Positions 1 through 10,393 are shown, counted from the first letter of the stretch. The stretch: DNA of 64,000 nt from Candidatus Omnitrophota bacterium (GCA_041653795.1 JBAZER010000004.1:8493-72492), one strand, 5' to 3'. Numbers and translations are program-made. The notes: generated by a model not told the origin, from the letters alone.

Positions 1-424
1 TGCCGGCTCCCGAAAGACCGCACCATCCCGCTTGAGCAAACAGGAGATCCATACTGACGCTGATGACTGCCGCATTTGCCGGAAACTTGGGATGCATTGT
101 TCCGGTTTCCTGAGAGATATTCGCTCTATCCTCTCTTCCGTAGGGCACATTTAAATGTGCCCTACAGGAGGGAATAACTGGAGCAACGCATTTGGAGGCT
201 TCCTGATTGAACCGCTTTGTCTGAAGATCACAAACCGGTGTATCGATTGAGGGCCCAATGCTGACAAGCCGGGTCTTCCCCCTGGAATCGGCCAAGGTCA
301 CAGATTTCAAACCTGTATCGACAAGCTTGAAATCCGGAGCTTTGTCTCCCGCCTTAAGCTTCGGGCCGATCAATGTTAACGGGCTGCCTTTAAAGGTTAC
401 TGCGTTCTTTCGCTCTTGCACCAC
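1..424 (-). CDS. tpx: thiol peroxidase Tpx (atypical 2-Cys peroxiredoxin); 3' end lies beyond the window; carries an in-frame 105-nt MITE-derived insert
   Basis: Not in the ORF track (GTG start at 424, AAGGAG at 434-439, ORF runs off the window edge). Hand translation: VVQERKNAVTFKGSPLTLIGPKLKAGDKAPDFKLVDTGLKSVTLADSRGKTRLVSIGPSIDTPVCDLQTKRFNQEASK-[CVAPVIPSCRAHLNVPYGREDRANISQETGTMHPK]-FPANAAVISVSMDLLFAQAGWCGLSGAG. PSIDTPVC (peroxidatic Cys) and FAQxxWCG (resolving Cys) are Tpx hallmarks. Confidence 0.75.
   Translation of the reverse strand, partial: MVQERKNAVTFKGSPLTLIGPKLKAGDKAPDFKLVDTGLKSVTLADSRGKTRLVSIGPSIDTPVCDLQTKRFNQEASKCVAPVIPSCRAHLNVPYGREDRANISQETGTMHPKFPANAAVISVSMDLLFAQAGWCGLSGAG
92..191 (+). 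mobile_element. 100-bp MITE (family A), copy 1, inserted inside tpx
   Basis: Identical 100-nt sequence ATGCATTGTTCCGGTT...AACTGGAGCAACGCAT also at 34906-35005 and 40385-40484. Imperfect 16-nt terminal inverted repeats; internal palindrome GTAGGGCACATTTAAATGTGCCCTAC; flanked by TTGGG (87-91) and TTGGA (192-196). Confidence 0.8.
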
Positions 425-450
425 GGGAGTTTTCTCCTTGGAAAGTAATC

Positions 451-822
451 TTAGGAATTTTTTTTTCGAGCTTTGGAATAGTTGGCGGAGATAACCGTAT
501 GGATGCCGCCGCGCACGAAGAAGTCGGCTTCGATCGACATATGGCGAGGCCTCACGGCCTTTACGAGATCGTCCAGGATTTTGTTTGTAACCGCCTCATG
601 GAACGCACCCTCGTTCCGATAGCTCCAGAAGTAGAGTTTGAGGCTTTTCAGTTCCACGCAGAATTCGTCGGGTATGTACGAGATGCGGATTGTTGCGAAA
701 TCCGGCTGACCGGTCTTGGGACAGAGGCAGGTGAATTCCGGACAATCTATCTCGATATTATAATCCCGGCGAGGATACGGATTCTTAAAAATCTCGAGTT
801 TTTTGGAAGGTTGCGTTGCCAT
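451..822 (-). CDS. queF: NADPH-dependent 7-cyano-7-deazaguanine (preQ0) reductase QueF
   Basis: 123-aa ORF; [26 protein letters not shown] and YRNEGAFHE segments are typical of single-domain QueF. Confidence 0.9.
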   Translation of the reverse strand: MATQPSKKLEIFKNPYPRRDYNIEIDCPEFTCLCPKTGQPDFATIRISYIPDEFCVELKSLKLYFWSYRNEGAFHEAVTNKILDDLVKAVRPRHMSIEADFFVRGGIHTVISANYSKARKKNS

Positions 823-838
823 GAAGAGGGATTATACC

Positions 839-920
839 ATCCTTGTCTGAGATTTTCTTCAATAATGGTGACAAGGATGGCCCCAATTTCAGTTTTCCTG
901 AAATTGATAGGTATTGGGAC
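839..920 (-). repeat. family B composite repeat (CCTTGTC hairpin + GTCCCAAT...ATTGGGGC hairpin unit)
   Basis: About 82 nt, near-identical in reverse orientation to 21750-21832. Core CCCCAATTTCAG-ttttc-CTGAAATTGATAGGTATTGGGAC. Confidence 0.75.
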
Positions 921-931
921 CAAAAAGAAGG

Positions 932-1525
932 TTATTTCGTGACAACGAAAATAGCGTTTTGAGCGAAAAGGTTCGGAAGCACGCGGACTTGTCCCTGAGA
1001 GTCGAGGAAATACGAAGATAGGATCCTGTAACCCTTTGTTGCGCAAAAGGATTTGAAATCCTTGATAGAAAGAAAGCGCAGATTCGGCGTACTGTACCAT
1101 TCGTACGGAAGCGACGAGACGATGGGTGCCCGACCGCCAAAAAACATCAGAATGCGGGCCTCAAGATGTGCAAAGTTGGGAAATCCAATAATGACTTTTT
1201 TCCCGACCCGGAGGGCTTCGGAAATTACGGCCTCGACTTTTTTCGCTTCCTGCAAACTCTGGTTCAGGATCACATAATCAAAAGACTGGTCGGGATAATA
1301 CGGAAGTCCGCTGTCGATATCGCTGTGGAAAACGCTCAGCCCCTTTTCGACGCAGGCGTGAATAGCGTCATTGTTGAGTTCGACACCCTGGGCTTTCGCG
1401 CCACGCCGCTCAGCAAGCAAGCATAAAAGATCACCGTTCCCGCATCCGAGGTCGAGCACGCTGGAGCCCGGCTCGACAATTTCACAGATGATTTTATGAT
1501 CTAATTTATCTTTAATAGGTGACAT
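932..1525 (-). CDS. metW: methionine biosynthesis protein MetW (methyltransferase-like partner of MetX)
   Basis: ORF 932..1663; conserved part starts at MSPIKDKLDH (ATG 1525), 20 nt after the metX stop. VLDLGCGNGDLL SAM-fold motif; classical metX-metW adjacency. Confidence 0.85.
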   Translation of the reverse strand: MSPIKDKLDHKIICEIVEPGSSVLDLGCGNGDLLCLLAERRGAKAQGVELNNDAIHACVEKGLSVFHSDIDSGLPYYPDQSFDYVILNQSLQEAKKVEAVISEALRVGKKVIIGFPNFAHLEARILMFFGGRAPIVSSLPYEWYSTPNLRFLSIKDFKSFCATKGYRILSSYFLDSQGQVRVLPNLFAQNAIFVVTK

Positions 1526-1544
1526 GATATCCTCTGACCCTTTT

Positions 1545-2666
1545 TCACCACTTTTTCTTGGCAAGAAAGTGCTTGATGAGATGGGACTGTTTTTCGCCTT
1601 CGGCCTCGATAAGGAACGAATCATGGCCGTAGTCCGCATCAATCTCACAATAGGTCGCGTCAATATGCCGCATCTTAAGCTGGCGCACCATGTCCTGGGA
1701 CTGCGCGGACGGATACAACCAATCGGATTTGAACGCGATCAATAAAAACCGCGCATCGGGAAGGCCTTTCTCCGGGATCCATTTGCCGTCTGAAAGATCG
1801 AAATAATCCATGGCCTTCGTGATGTAAAGGTACGAGTTAGCATCAAAGCGCTTCACAAAGGCCTGTCCCCGGTATTGAAGATAGCCTTCAACCTCAAAAT
1901 CAGCGGAAAATTTGAATCCCGAGCTGTCATCTTTGAGCCGGCGGGAGAATTTTTTTTCCATGGAATCATTACTCATGTAGGTGATATGTCCCAACATGCG
2001 CGCCACAGCCAGGCCTTGTTCCGGAGAAGCCCCGTCATAGTAATTTCCATTATTCCAGGCGGGATCCGCCATAATGGCTTGCCGGCCGACTTCATTGAAC
2101 GCGATCTGCTGGGGGGAGTGTTTGAGCGTCGCGGCGATCGGAATGACACATTCCACGCTGTCGGGATAGGAGGCGATCCACTGAAGCGCGAGCATACCGC
2201 CCATGGAACCGCCGATCACGCCATGAAGCTTCCTAATACCAAGATGATCGATTAAGTGTTTCTGAGTTGCAACCATATCTCCGATCGTAATAAGCGGGAA
2301 ATCAAGCGCGTAGGGTTTCCCGGTTTTTGGATTAATCGAAGAAGGTCCGGTACTTCCCTTGCATCCGCCGAGCACGTTGATACAGACGACAAAATACTTT
2401 TCCGTATCCAGGGCTTTCCCCGGGCCGATCATGAAATCCCACCACGGCTGATCCTGATCCCCTTGGGAAATACCCGCGGCGTGCGCATTCCCGGAAAAAG
2501 CATGCATCACGAGAATTACGTTGCTTTTGTCCGCGTTCAGTTGGCCGTAAGTTTCATACGCGAGCGTGATAGGCCCTAAAGTGCGGCCAGACTCCAACCT
2601 GAATTCATGCGGAGACTCCGCAAACGTAAAATATTTCGTCTCAACGATCCCAACGCTTTTTTTCAT
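1545..2666 (-). CDS. metX: homoserine O-acetyltransferase MetX
   Basis: ORF 1545..2690. [13 protein letters not shown] start at 2666 gives an ATGA overlap with the cysK stop. Alpha/beta-hydrolase nucleophile elbow GGSMGG, and [10 protein letters not shown] typical of MetX. Confidence 0.9.
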   Translation of the reverse strand: MKKSVGIVETKYFTFAESPHEFRLESGRTLGPITLAYETYGQLNADKSNVILVMHAFSGNAHAAGISQGDQDQPWWDFMIGPGKALDTEKYFVVCINVLGGCKGSTGPSSINPKTGKPYALDFPLITIGDMVATQKHLIDHLGIRKLHGVIGGSMGGMLALQWIASYPDSVECVIPIAATLKHSPQQIAFNEVGRQAIMADPAWNNGNYYDGASPEQGLAVARMLGHITYMSNDSMEKKFSRRLKDDSSGFKFSADFEVEGYLQYRGQAFVKRFDANSYLYITKAMDYFDLSDGKWIPEKGLPDARFLLIAFKSDWLYPSAQSQDMVRQLKMRHIDATYCEIDADYGHDSFLIEAEGEKQSHLIKHFLAKKKW

Positions 2667-3595
2667 CCTAAAAATTCCTGGAAAAGCCATGTTGAAAGGT
2701 ACCTCTCTCCCGTATCACAGATTACTGTCACGATCGTTTTGCCTTTGGATTCCGGCCTTTTGGCGATCTCTAAAGCGGCCCAAACATTGGCCCCCGAAGA
2801 AATACCGCCCAAAATTCCTTCCTGTCTGGCAAGTTGTTTTGCAATTGCTCCTGCGTCCTCATGACGCACTTTGATGATCTCATCATAAATCTTTGTGTTC
2901 AAGACGCCGGGGACAAAGCCTGCACCGATCCCCTGGATCTTATGCGGTCCCGGTTTCCCGCCTGAAAGCACGGGAGAATCGACTGGTTCCACGGCCACGA
3001 TTTTAACAGAAGGTTTCCTTTGTTTCAGCACTTCACCGACACCCGTCAGCGTCCCCCCGGTCCCGATCCCGGCCACAAAAACATCCACGCCGCCTTCGGT
3101 GTCTTTCCAGATTTCCTCTGCAGTCGTTCTGCGGTGAACTTCCGGATTCGCAGGATTGTAGAACTGCTGAGGAATAAAACTGTTCGGAGTTGCCTTTGCA
3201 ATTTCCTCCGCTTTCTCCACAGCCCCTTTCATTCCTTTGGACCCTTCGGTCAGTACGAGCTCGGCACCAAGGATCTTCAAAAGCTGCCGGCGTTCCACGC
3301 TCATGGTTTCCGGCATGGTCAGAATCAGCTTATACCCCCGTGCAGCCGCCACAAAGGCAAGAGCGATCCCTGTGTTCCCACTGGTGGGTTCCACGATCAC
3401 TGTCCCCGGCTTGAGTTTCCCGGCCTGCTCGGCGGCGTCGATCATTGCAACGCCGATCCTGTCCTTAACGCTGGAAAGCGGATTGGCGGATTCGAGTTTC
3501 ACGGCAATGCGTGCCCCCGAATCCCTCCCGATCCGATTCAGCCAAACCAAAGGAGTCTTTCCAACGGTCTGTGTAATGTCTTTGTAAGTACCCAT
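2663..3595 (-). CDS. cysK: cysteine synthase A (O-acetylserine sulfhydrylase)
   Basis: 310 aa; [18 protein letters not shown] (PLP lysine), [17 protein letters not shown] motifs. Confidence 0.9.
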   Translation of the reverse strand: MGTYKDITQTVGKTPLVWLNRIGRDSGARIAVKLESANPLSSVKDRIGVAMIDAAEQAGKLKPGTVIVEPTSGNTGIALAFVAAARGYKLILTMPETMSVERRQLLKILGAELVLTEGSKGMKGAVEKAEEIAKATPNSFIPQQFYNPANPEVHRRTTAEEIWKDTEGGVDVFVAGIGTGGTLTGVGEVLKQRKPSVKIVAVEPVDSPVLSGGKPGPHKIQGIGAGFVPGVLNTKIYDEIIKVRHEDAGAIAKQLARQEGILGGISSGANVWAALEIAKRPESKGKTIVTVICDTGERYLSTWLFQEFLG

Positions 3596-3643
3596 ATCGT
3601 TCTCCCTTTTATATTTTTACTTACTTGAAATCAAGAACTTCTT

Positions 3644-4534
3644 TTAGAACGCGTAATGTAAACTGACCGTGAAACCATCTCCCAGCCCGACTTCCTTAGT
3701 GCTTTTGGCCTTTCCCGCATACACCCAAGCACCGACTAGGGTCAATTTGTCGGTAATGAACCAAGCGGCATGAATGTCCTGGTAATCCGCATCATGCCAG
3801 CCATGAAAATGGGCGCCTTGCTTGTATTCATACCCAACCGCCAGTTTCTTGAAAAGGATCACATCCGCGTTGCCGAACCATGTGAAACGGTAATTTTTAT
3901 CATATCCAAAAACACCGGTAGTCCGGCTGTTAGTAGCCAACAAACCACCCGACACAACCACCGGAAGCGGCAATTCCTTGATCAGCTTCGTCGCAACCAA
4001 ATACGTGTCAAACCCCACATGGTTTGTTTTAGCCGGTACATAGTTTGTATTTTTCAAAATACCGCCTATTGAAATCGCAGGGATAAAATTATGTCCTCCC
4101 GCATTTTCGGGGATCAGAAGCAATTTGGTTCCGACATTGTTCTTGTAAATCGTCTTGCTCCCATGCGGCGCCACAGCTTCCCAACCGTACGAAACTTCCA
4201 ACCTGTCAAAGGCCGAAGCCGCCATCCCTAACGCGGTCCAGTCCACGTGAGCCTCGGGTAAACGCACGTACCACGCGCCCACTTGAGGTTTACTGACCCT
4301 ACTTAACAACCCGAATCCGTCAAAAACTTTCTTGTCTTTCTCCGTCGTCGCCTTGTCCGCTTCAGGCTGATTTTTCTTCCACTTGCTTTCCGAATTGGCA
4401 AGATACGCCAACGGGTTGAACGCAATACCCCCGACGCCTTCCAGGTTGTTTAAAGGAACTCCGGCATACGAGATCCCGGCAAACTGCCAGCTGACGAAAG
4501 AGGCTAAAAGCTCCAACACAATGAACTTCTTCAT
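3644..4534 (-). CDS. putative outer-membrane beta-barrel protein (DUF3034-like), signal peptide
   Basis: 296 aa; N-terminal hydrophobic signal sequence MKKFIVLELLASFVSWQFAGISYA; alternating beta-strand pattern; C-terminal aromatic residue (YAF). Confidence 0.5.
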   Translation of the reverse strand: MKKFIVLELLASFVSWQFAGISYAGVPLNNLEGVGGIAFNPLAYLANSESKWKKNQPEADKATTEKDKKVFDGFGLLSRVSKPQVGAWYVRLPEAHVDWTALGMAASAFDRLEVSYGWEAVAPHGSKTIYKNNVGTKLLLIPENAGGHNFIPAISIGGILKNTNYVPAKTNHVGFDTYLVATKLIKELPLPVVVSGGLLATNSRTTGVFGYDKNYRFTWFGNADVILFKKLAVGYEYKQGAHFHGWHDADYQDIHAAWFITDKLTLVGAWVYAGKAKSTKEVGLGDGFTVSLHYAF

Positions 4535-4675
4535 TTTGAATTTCTCCTTTTCCGATTTTGGTTGCCCTCAACACCCGGTAGTCCGGTCGGAAAGGCGAAA
4601 TTTCGATTTTTATTTCATTGTGTCAGCCGGCGATCCGGTAGACGAAAAACTTACTCTATGAACCTCCGATCATTT

Positions 4676-4876
4676 TCAGATACCACCGCCCTGCTCCACA
4701 TAATGGTAGCTGTCATATCTCGTTTTCTCGGTCTTTTCGACCTGAATGATTTTCGAGCCGTGGATCTTGATGAGCACTTCCCCGAATTTCAAATTGCTGA
4801 CGATCTCCGCGATCTCCTTGATGATCGCGTCGTTGATGATGCTTCCCTTTTTATTCTGTTTAGATTCCGTTGCCAT
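4676..4876 (-). CDS. YezD-family small protein (DUF2292)
   Basis: 66 aa; FGEVLIKIHGSKIIQVEKTEKTRY resembles the YezD/DUF2292 core; sits next to sulfur assimilation genes, as is common for this family. Confidence 0.55.
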   Translation of the reverse strand: MATESKQNKKGSIINDAIIKEIAEIVSNLKFGEVLIKIHGSKIIQVEKTEKTRYDSYHYVEQGGGI

Positions 4877-4932
4877 CGCAAATACCCCATCATTCCTTCC
4901 TTTAGGCTCCTGAGACCGATCGTAAGCTCTTA

Positions 4933-6324
<1,392 letters not shown>

Positions 6325-6357
6325 TCAGGATAAGTGGGGCGGAAAAACACCGCCCCC

Positions 6358-6810
6358 TTAAATAAAATACATGGCTTCCTGGCTCGTATTTCGCATTCGA
6401 TCATGGACATCCTGGAACGATGTCACATTAAGGATGCTTGATGTCGTCTGGTAAACCTCCTGCATCACCATACGGATCCCGCAAACGCTGCCTTTTTTAC
6501 ATTCATCGCACCTTCGATTTGCCTTCCCGTCCAGACAGGGCAATGAGTCAAAAGGGTTCTCGAAGATCCCGATCACTTCCCCAAAACTGATCCGGCTCGG
6601 CGGACGGGCCAAAAGATATCCGCCGCCCTTCCCCTTCTTGCTCTGCAAAAACCCTTTGTTCTTGAGCTCCAGAAGGATCGCCTCGAGGAATTTCTTCGGA
6701 ATGGACTCTTTTTCCGCGATTTCCGCAATTAAAACAGGCTCTTTCGAAACGTATTTCCCCGTAAGCATCAGAACAGCTTTCAGAGCATATTTTGTCTTGT
6801 TAGATATCAT
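6358..6810 (-). CDS. Rrf2-family transcriptional regulator (CymR/IscR-like)
   Basis: 150 aa; N-terminal wHTH MISNKTKYALKAVLML...IAEKESIPKKFLEAILLELKNKGFLQSKKGKGGGY; Cys cluster CDECKKGSVC. Confidence 0.85.
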   Translation of the reverse strand: MISNKTKYALKAVLMLTGKYVSKEPVLIAEIAEKESIPKKFLEAILLELKNKGFLQSKKGKGGGYLLARPPSRISFGEVIGIFENPFDSLPCLDGKANRRCDECKKGSVCGIRMVMQEVYQTTSSILNVTSFQDVHDRMRNTSQEAMYFI

Positions 6811-7045
6811 AGTCTATTAACCCCATAGATTTATAGTTGTATAATAACCAACCATCGCCTCTTTGTCAAATTTATTTTAATAAAAAAAACCGAGACCTGA
6901 ATCCTCCCCGAGATATGTTTTATAATACCCTTTAACTCTACCAATAGTAGATTTCATAAAAAAGCTCCGGGTCTCTTCCCTGTCAAAACTCGCGAACATA
7001 CGTTAAGGTTAAAGCCAAAAAAAAACGACCAGGGGAGGTGCCGAG

Positions 7046-7291
7046 ATGAGCGTCATCACAAAACAAACATGGGAATATCTGGTGCGGGATTTTCTGGAAA
7101 TCAAATGCACATTAAAAGAACGAGAGCGGGAATTCCTCCTGGATTTTTTGAAGGGGAGAGGCGTCAAGGCCGAAGCCATCCGGATACATCCGGCTTTTTC
7201 AGTGGGTGATCATTTAGTGGTCATCATGGAGGATACGGATTCGAAGAAGCGTTTTTTCTACCACCCGCAAAAAAAGACGATCGAGGAATGA
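7046..7291 (+). CDS. hypothetical protein
   Basis: 81-aa ORF with a GGGGAGG Shine-Dalgarno 6 nt upstream; no recognisable motif. Confidence 0.35.
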   Translation: MSVITKQTWEYLVRDFLEIKCTLKEREREFLLDFLKGRGVKAEAIRIHPAFSVGDHLVVIMEDTDSKKRFFYHPQKKTIEE

Positions 7292-7300
7292 TCAAAAGCC

Positions 7301-7378
7301 TGGGGATCGTCACTCGCTCCTTGAGACTCGTTTTGGTTCCTCATTCCTGCGAGTCCCTGGTCCCGGGCTACGAGTTCC
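7301..7378. repeat. family E palindromic repeat (GGGACTCG/CGAGTCCC type), degenerate copy
   Basis: GTCACTCG..TTTTGGTTCCTC..GCGAGTCCC is shared with 50916-50997. Confidence 0.5.
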
Positions 7379-7380
7379 TT

Positions 7381-8136
7381 TTAAAGATCGACGGCCTTGC
7401 GAAGTCCGCGGACCTCGAAGGAGGTAAGAAAGCGGCCCTGACCCGGCGCAAGATGCCCGAGCTTTAAAGGCCCAAAGGAAAAGCGGTTGAGCATCACGAC
7501 ATTATAATCAAATCGCCGGAACACCCGGCGGATCTGGCGTTTCTTTCCTTCGCGAAGCTCCACCATGACAATCCTCGGTGAGATCGGCCGGATATCTTCC
7601 AGTTTAAGAAAACCATCGTACGAATGGAAACCTTCCAGCACTTTATCGCGGTCCCTCGCATCCCAGGCGCGATGAAGTTTTACCTGATACCATTTCTCCA
7701 CGTGAAATCGCGGATGGATCAGACGATTCGCGAGCTCGCCGTCGTTGGTCACGAGAAGAAGACCCGAAGAATCCTTGTCCAGCCGGCCGACCGGAAACAC
7801 ACGAACACGGTTTGTAGCGGATTGGCGTGTCGCATTCACAAGGTGCCGCGGCAAAAGATCAAAGACCGTTTTTTTGGCGTGCATGTCCTGCGCCGTTACG
7901 ACATAACCTTCGGGCTTGTTCAAAAGATAATAGACATGCGGCGCCATCTGGAGGACTTTGTGGCGATACATGATCGTGTCCTTCTGAAAGTCCACCTGCC
8001 TTCCAAGATCCTGCACGACCTCGCCGTTCACGGAAATAGCACCGTGGGTGACAAAAACCTCGCATTTCCTGCGGGACCCAAGTCCCGCGCTGGCCAGGGC
8101 GTGTGCGATTCTCATGTTTTCTGTACTGTTCTCCAT
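7381..8136 (-). CDS. pseudouridine synthase, RsuA/RluB family (S4 domain + catalytic domain)
   Basis: 251 aa; S4 segment MRIAHALASAGLGSRRKCE; catalytic VGRLDKDSSGLLLVTNDGELANRLIHP. The first ATG lies inside a family G repeat, so the true start may be 8115 (MRIAH). Confidence 0.85.
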   Translation of the reverse strand: MENSTENMRIAHALASAGLGSRRKCEVFVTHGAISVNGEVVQDLGRQVDFQKDTIMYRHKVLQMAPHVYYLLNKPEGYVVTAQDMHAKKTVFDLLPRHLVNATRQSATNRVRVFPVGRLDKDSSGLLLVTNDGELANRLIHPRFHVEKWYQVKLHRAWDARDRDKVLEGFHSYDGFLKLEDIRPISPRIVMVELREGKKRQIRRVFRRFDYNVVMLNRFSFGPLKLGHLAPGQGRFLTSFEVRGLRKAVDL

Positions 8137-8196
8137 TTAATTTTAAGGGTTAACAGTACTGTGCCGCATACCTTTAAATTTAAAAATGTCATGCGG
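8122..8196. repeat. family G repeat (GGTTAACAGT..CCGCATACC..TTAAATTT..ATGCGG)
   Basis: Shared with 29782-29855. Contains inverted repeats GTACTGTT/AACAGTAC and CCGCAT/ATGCGG. Confidence 0.6.
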
Positions 8197-8893
8197 CCCT
8201 GAGCTCCGCGTAAAAAAGAGGCCGGCCTTCAGCCGCCCATTTGAGTTCGTAATTAGTTTTATTCATCCCGTCCAAGATTCTCTCATTCACCATTTCGCGC
8301 ACATTCTCCCAGAGTTCCGCAGTAGCCGCTATGGTTTTCTTCATGGCCGAAAAATAGTCTTTATCGTCCGTGGCGATTTCTACCAGCCCTTCCGGTACAA
8401 GCCGCGTGTGAAGAAGCGTGAGAAGCTCGGAAGTGAAAACCCGGCGCATCTGATGCCGGCGTTTCGGCCAGGGATCCGGAAAATAGATGTGAAAAAGGCT
8501 CACGCTTCCGGGCGCAATTGCTTCGGTTAAAAATGCCCGTGCCTCGGCCCGGACGAACCGGATGTTGGCAAGCGCCCGCTTCTGGGCACGCGCCTTCCCG
8601 ATGTTCATAAACTTGCTTATACGATCGATCCCGAGAAAGTTGGTTCCCGGATTTTCGTTCGCGCGGGCGACAAGGAATTTTCCCTTCCCGCATCCGATCT
8701 CCATTTCGACCGGGTGAGAATTCCCGAAGAACTCGCTGAAAACGATGGGATCGTACTTTTCTTTTACAAATTCTCGCGTCTTCTTTTTTTTGTCATTCCC
8801 GCGTCCGCCACAAGGCGCTGAACGGATCCGTCCTCTGGCGGAAAAGCGGGAATCCAGTTCTGGATCCCCGATAGAAGCATTCGGGGATGACAT
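8189..8893 (-). CDS. trmB: tRNA (guanine-N7)-methyltransferase TrmB with a MITE-derived N-terminus
   Basis: ORF 8189..8983. VEMEIGCGKGKFL, FLGID and HIYFPDPWPKRRH motifs. ATG at 8893 lies 2 nt after the upstream gene's TAG. No start codon exists between the repeat and the conserved core. Confidence 0.85.
   Translation of the reverse strand: MSSPNASIGDPELDSRFSARGRIRSAPCGGRGNDKKKKTREFVKEKYDPIVFSEFFGNSHPVEMEIGCGKGKFLVARANENPGTNFLGIDRISKFMNIGKARAQKRALANIRFVRAEARAFLTEAIAPGSVSLFHIYFPDPWPKRRHQMRRVFTSELLTLLHTRLVPEGLVEIATDDKDYFSAMKKTIAATAELWENVREMVNERILDGMNKTNYELKWAAEGRPLFYAELRAA
8792..8891 (-). mobile_element. family C double-hairpin MITE (GTCATYCCCG...CGGGRATGAC) with a nested family F hairpin, inside the trmB 5' coding region
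   Basis: GTCATTCCCGC[GTCCGCCACAAGGCGCTGAACGGATCCGTCCTCTGGCGG]AAAAGCGGGAATCCAG..TGGATCCCCG..CGGGGATGAC. Translated in trmB as SSPNASIGDPELDSRFSARGRIRSAPCGGRGND. Confidence 0.7.
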
Positions 8894-8895
8894 GT

Positions 8896-9972
8896 CTAGC
8901 GGCAACGAATCAGCCATACTAAAGTCTCCAGATGCCGTGTCCGAGGGAAAAAATCGAAGGGCATGATCTTTTGAATCTGCCATGCTTCCGGCGTCAATTT
9001 TTTAAGATCACGCGCGAGTGATTCCGGAGAACAGGAAAGATAGAACAGTGTCTTGAGGCCCGTGGCCCGGTTCAAGGTCTCGATCACGGACGGGAAAAGT
9101 CCGGCACGCGGCGGATCGATTAGACCGACGCAGGATTTTCCGTGGAATCCCGGAAGCACCTCCGGCAAATGCGTCTCGACTTTTCCTTCCAGGATATTCA
9201 CATGGCCGAGCCGGTGATAGCGAACGTTGTACTGCGCAAGTCTCACAGAGTCACGACACGATTCGATCATCACCACCTCTTTCGCGCGATCAGCCAGGGC
9301 GATCCCGAAGAGGCCGACGCCAGAATAAAGATCAAGAAAAACCGTATCCTTTTCCCAGTCGATAAGGCCCTTGATCCTTGAAACGATTTTCTCAAGGATC
9401 GATAGATTCGCCTGAAAAAAAGTATCGAGCGCATAAAAGATCTTCCGCCCGTGCACGGTCGTCCAGAAATAATTTTCTTCCTTCATTCGTAGCGACCGCC
9501 GGCCGATACCGCCCCAGAGCACCCTGCCTTCATCCCCGACACGAACAACCAGGTTCGCAACCCGGTAATCCTCCGGGAGCTTGCGGACCGCCTCTTCTTT
9601 TAGCGCGGGCAGGAAATCATTGATCTCTTTGCGCGCGATCGGACAAGTCTTCACCTCCTGCAGCCGCTGGGTCCCCGGCAGCATAAAACCCATCTGCCGC
9701 TCACCGTTATTCCTTTTACGCAAGGTAAGATCAAGACGATTCCTGTAGTAGTAAGACTCGGGCGATGGCGCGATCGGTTCGAAAACATCTTCCGGAAGGT
9801 TCAACTCCTTCACAAGAAGCGCCTTCAAGACAGCCTCTTTACGGGAGAGTTCTTCTTCATACGGGATGTCCTGATATTGACATCCTCCGCAGGTCCCGAA
9901 AATCGGACATAAGGGTTTTACGCTTGTGGACACTGCCGTTGGGGTCAACATGATGCGATAGTTTACGAACAA
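8896..9972 (-). CDS. 23S rRNA (uracil-C5)-methyltransferase, RlmD/RumA family
   Basis: 358 aa; Fe-S Cys cluster CPIFGTCGGCQYQ; SAM fold LDLYSGVGLFG; catalytic C-terminal region LFYLSCSPESLARD. Start may be 9951 (MLTPT). Confidence 0.8.
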   Translation of the reverse strand: MFVNYRIMLTPTAVSTSVKPLCPIFGTCGGCQYQDIPYEEELSRKEAVLKALLVKELNLPEDVFEPIAPSPESYYYRNRLDLTLRKRNNGERQMGFMLPGTQRLQEVKTCPIARKEINDFLPALKEEAVRKLPEDYRVANLVVRVGDEGRVLWGGIGRRSLRMKEENYFWTTVHGRKIFYALDTFFQANLSILEKIVSRIKGLIDWEKDTVFLDLYSGVGLFGIALADRAKEVVMIESCRDSVRLAQYNVRYHRLGHVNILEGKVETHLPEVLPGFHGKSCVGLIDPPRAGLFPSVIETLNRATGLKTLFYLSCSPESLARDLKKLTPEAWQIQKIMPFDFFPRTRHLETLVWLIRCR

Positions 9973-10052
9973 GCTTCCGTCCCGTCGAGTGTTGTTTTGA
10001 GTCAGAAAGTGAACGATCCATGCCCCGTTCCCGCCTCCTTCTGCATCTTGGC

Positions 10053-10081
10053 TTGCAAAGAAATATGATTTGCCAGATAAT
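10053..10081 (+). promoter_or_regulatory. candidate sigma70-type promoter of the ATP synthase operon
   Basis: TTGCAA (10053-10058), 17-nt spacer, GATAAT (10076-10081). Confidence 0.35.
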
Positions 10082-10114
10082 ATCGTCCGTCAATTTTTGT
10101 AACTAGAAGCGGTA

Positions 10115-10393
10115 TTGCGAGTTGGGTGTGGACCCACCCCAAATCCCTTGGACACCATCAAGAAAGATCTTCGGAAGCTTTTTTGGATGCTCGGACTGGC
10201 GTTGACCCTGCCTATGGTCCTTCTAAGCGGCCCTTTCGCGGGTTATCTGGTCAGCCAATGGTTGATCGGAAAATGGGGCTGGGCTCCAGGCACCACCCTG
10301 GCATTAGTGCTTCTGGGACTCGCCGGTTCAGTCATTCAGACCGTGCGGATACTGAGGCTTCTATATAAAGGAAGCGAGAAAAAGGATTTATGA
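10115..10393 (+). CDS. atpZ: AtpZ/AtpI-family small membrane protein
   Basis: Two TM helices LGLALTLPMVLLSGPFAGYLV and TTLALVLLGLAGSVIQ; sits immediately before atpB. The ORF opens with TTG; ATG at 10187 is an alternative start. Confidence 0.6.
   Translation: MRVGCGPTPNPLDTIKKDLRKLFWMLGLALTLPMVLLSGPFAGYLVSQWLIGKWGWAPGTTLALVLLGLAGSVIQTVRILRLLYKGSEKKDL

Noticed and set aside
92-196. The tpx insert as an intein or self-splicing intron
   Set aside because: A 35-aa insert is far too short for an intein and lacks the terminal His-Asn and nucleophile pattern. A 100-nt element with target-site duplications and identical intergenic copies is better explained as a MITE.
258-494. 78-aa plus-strand ORF from the track
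   Set aside because: It lies antisense to the tpx coding sequence (1-424), which has clear Tpx motifs. It has no motif or Shine-Dalgarno of its own.
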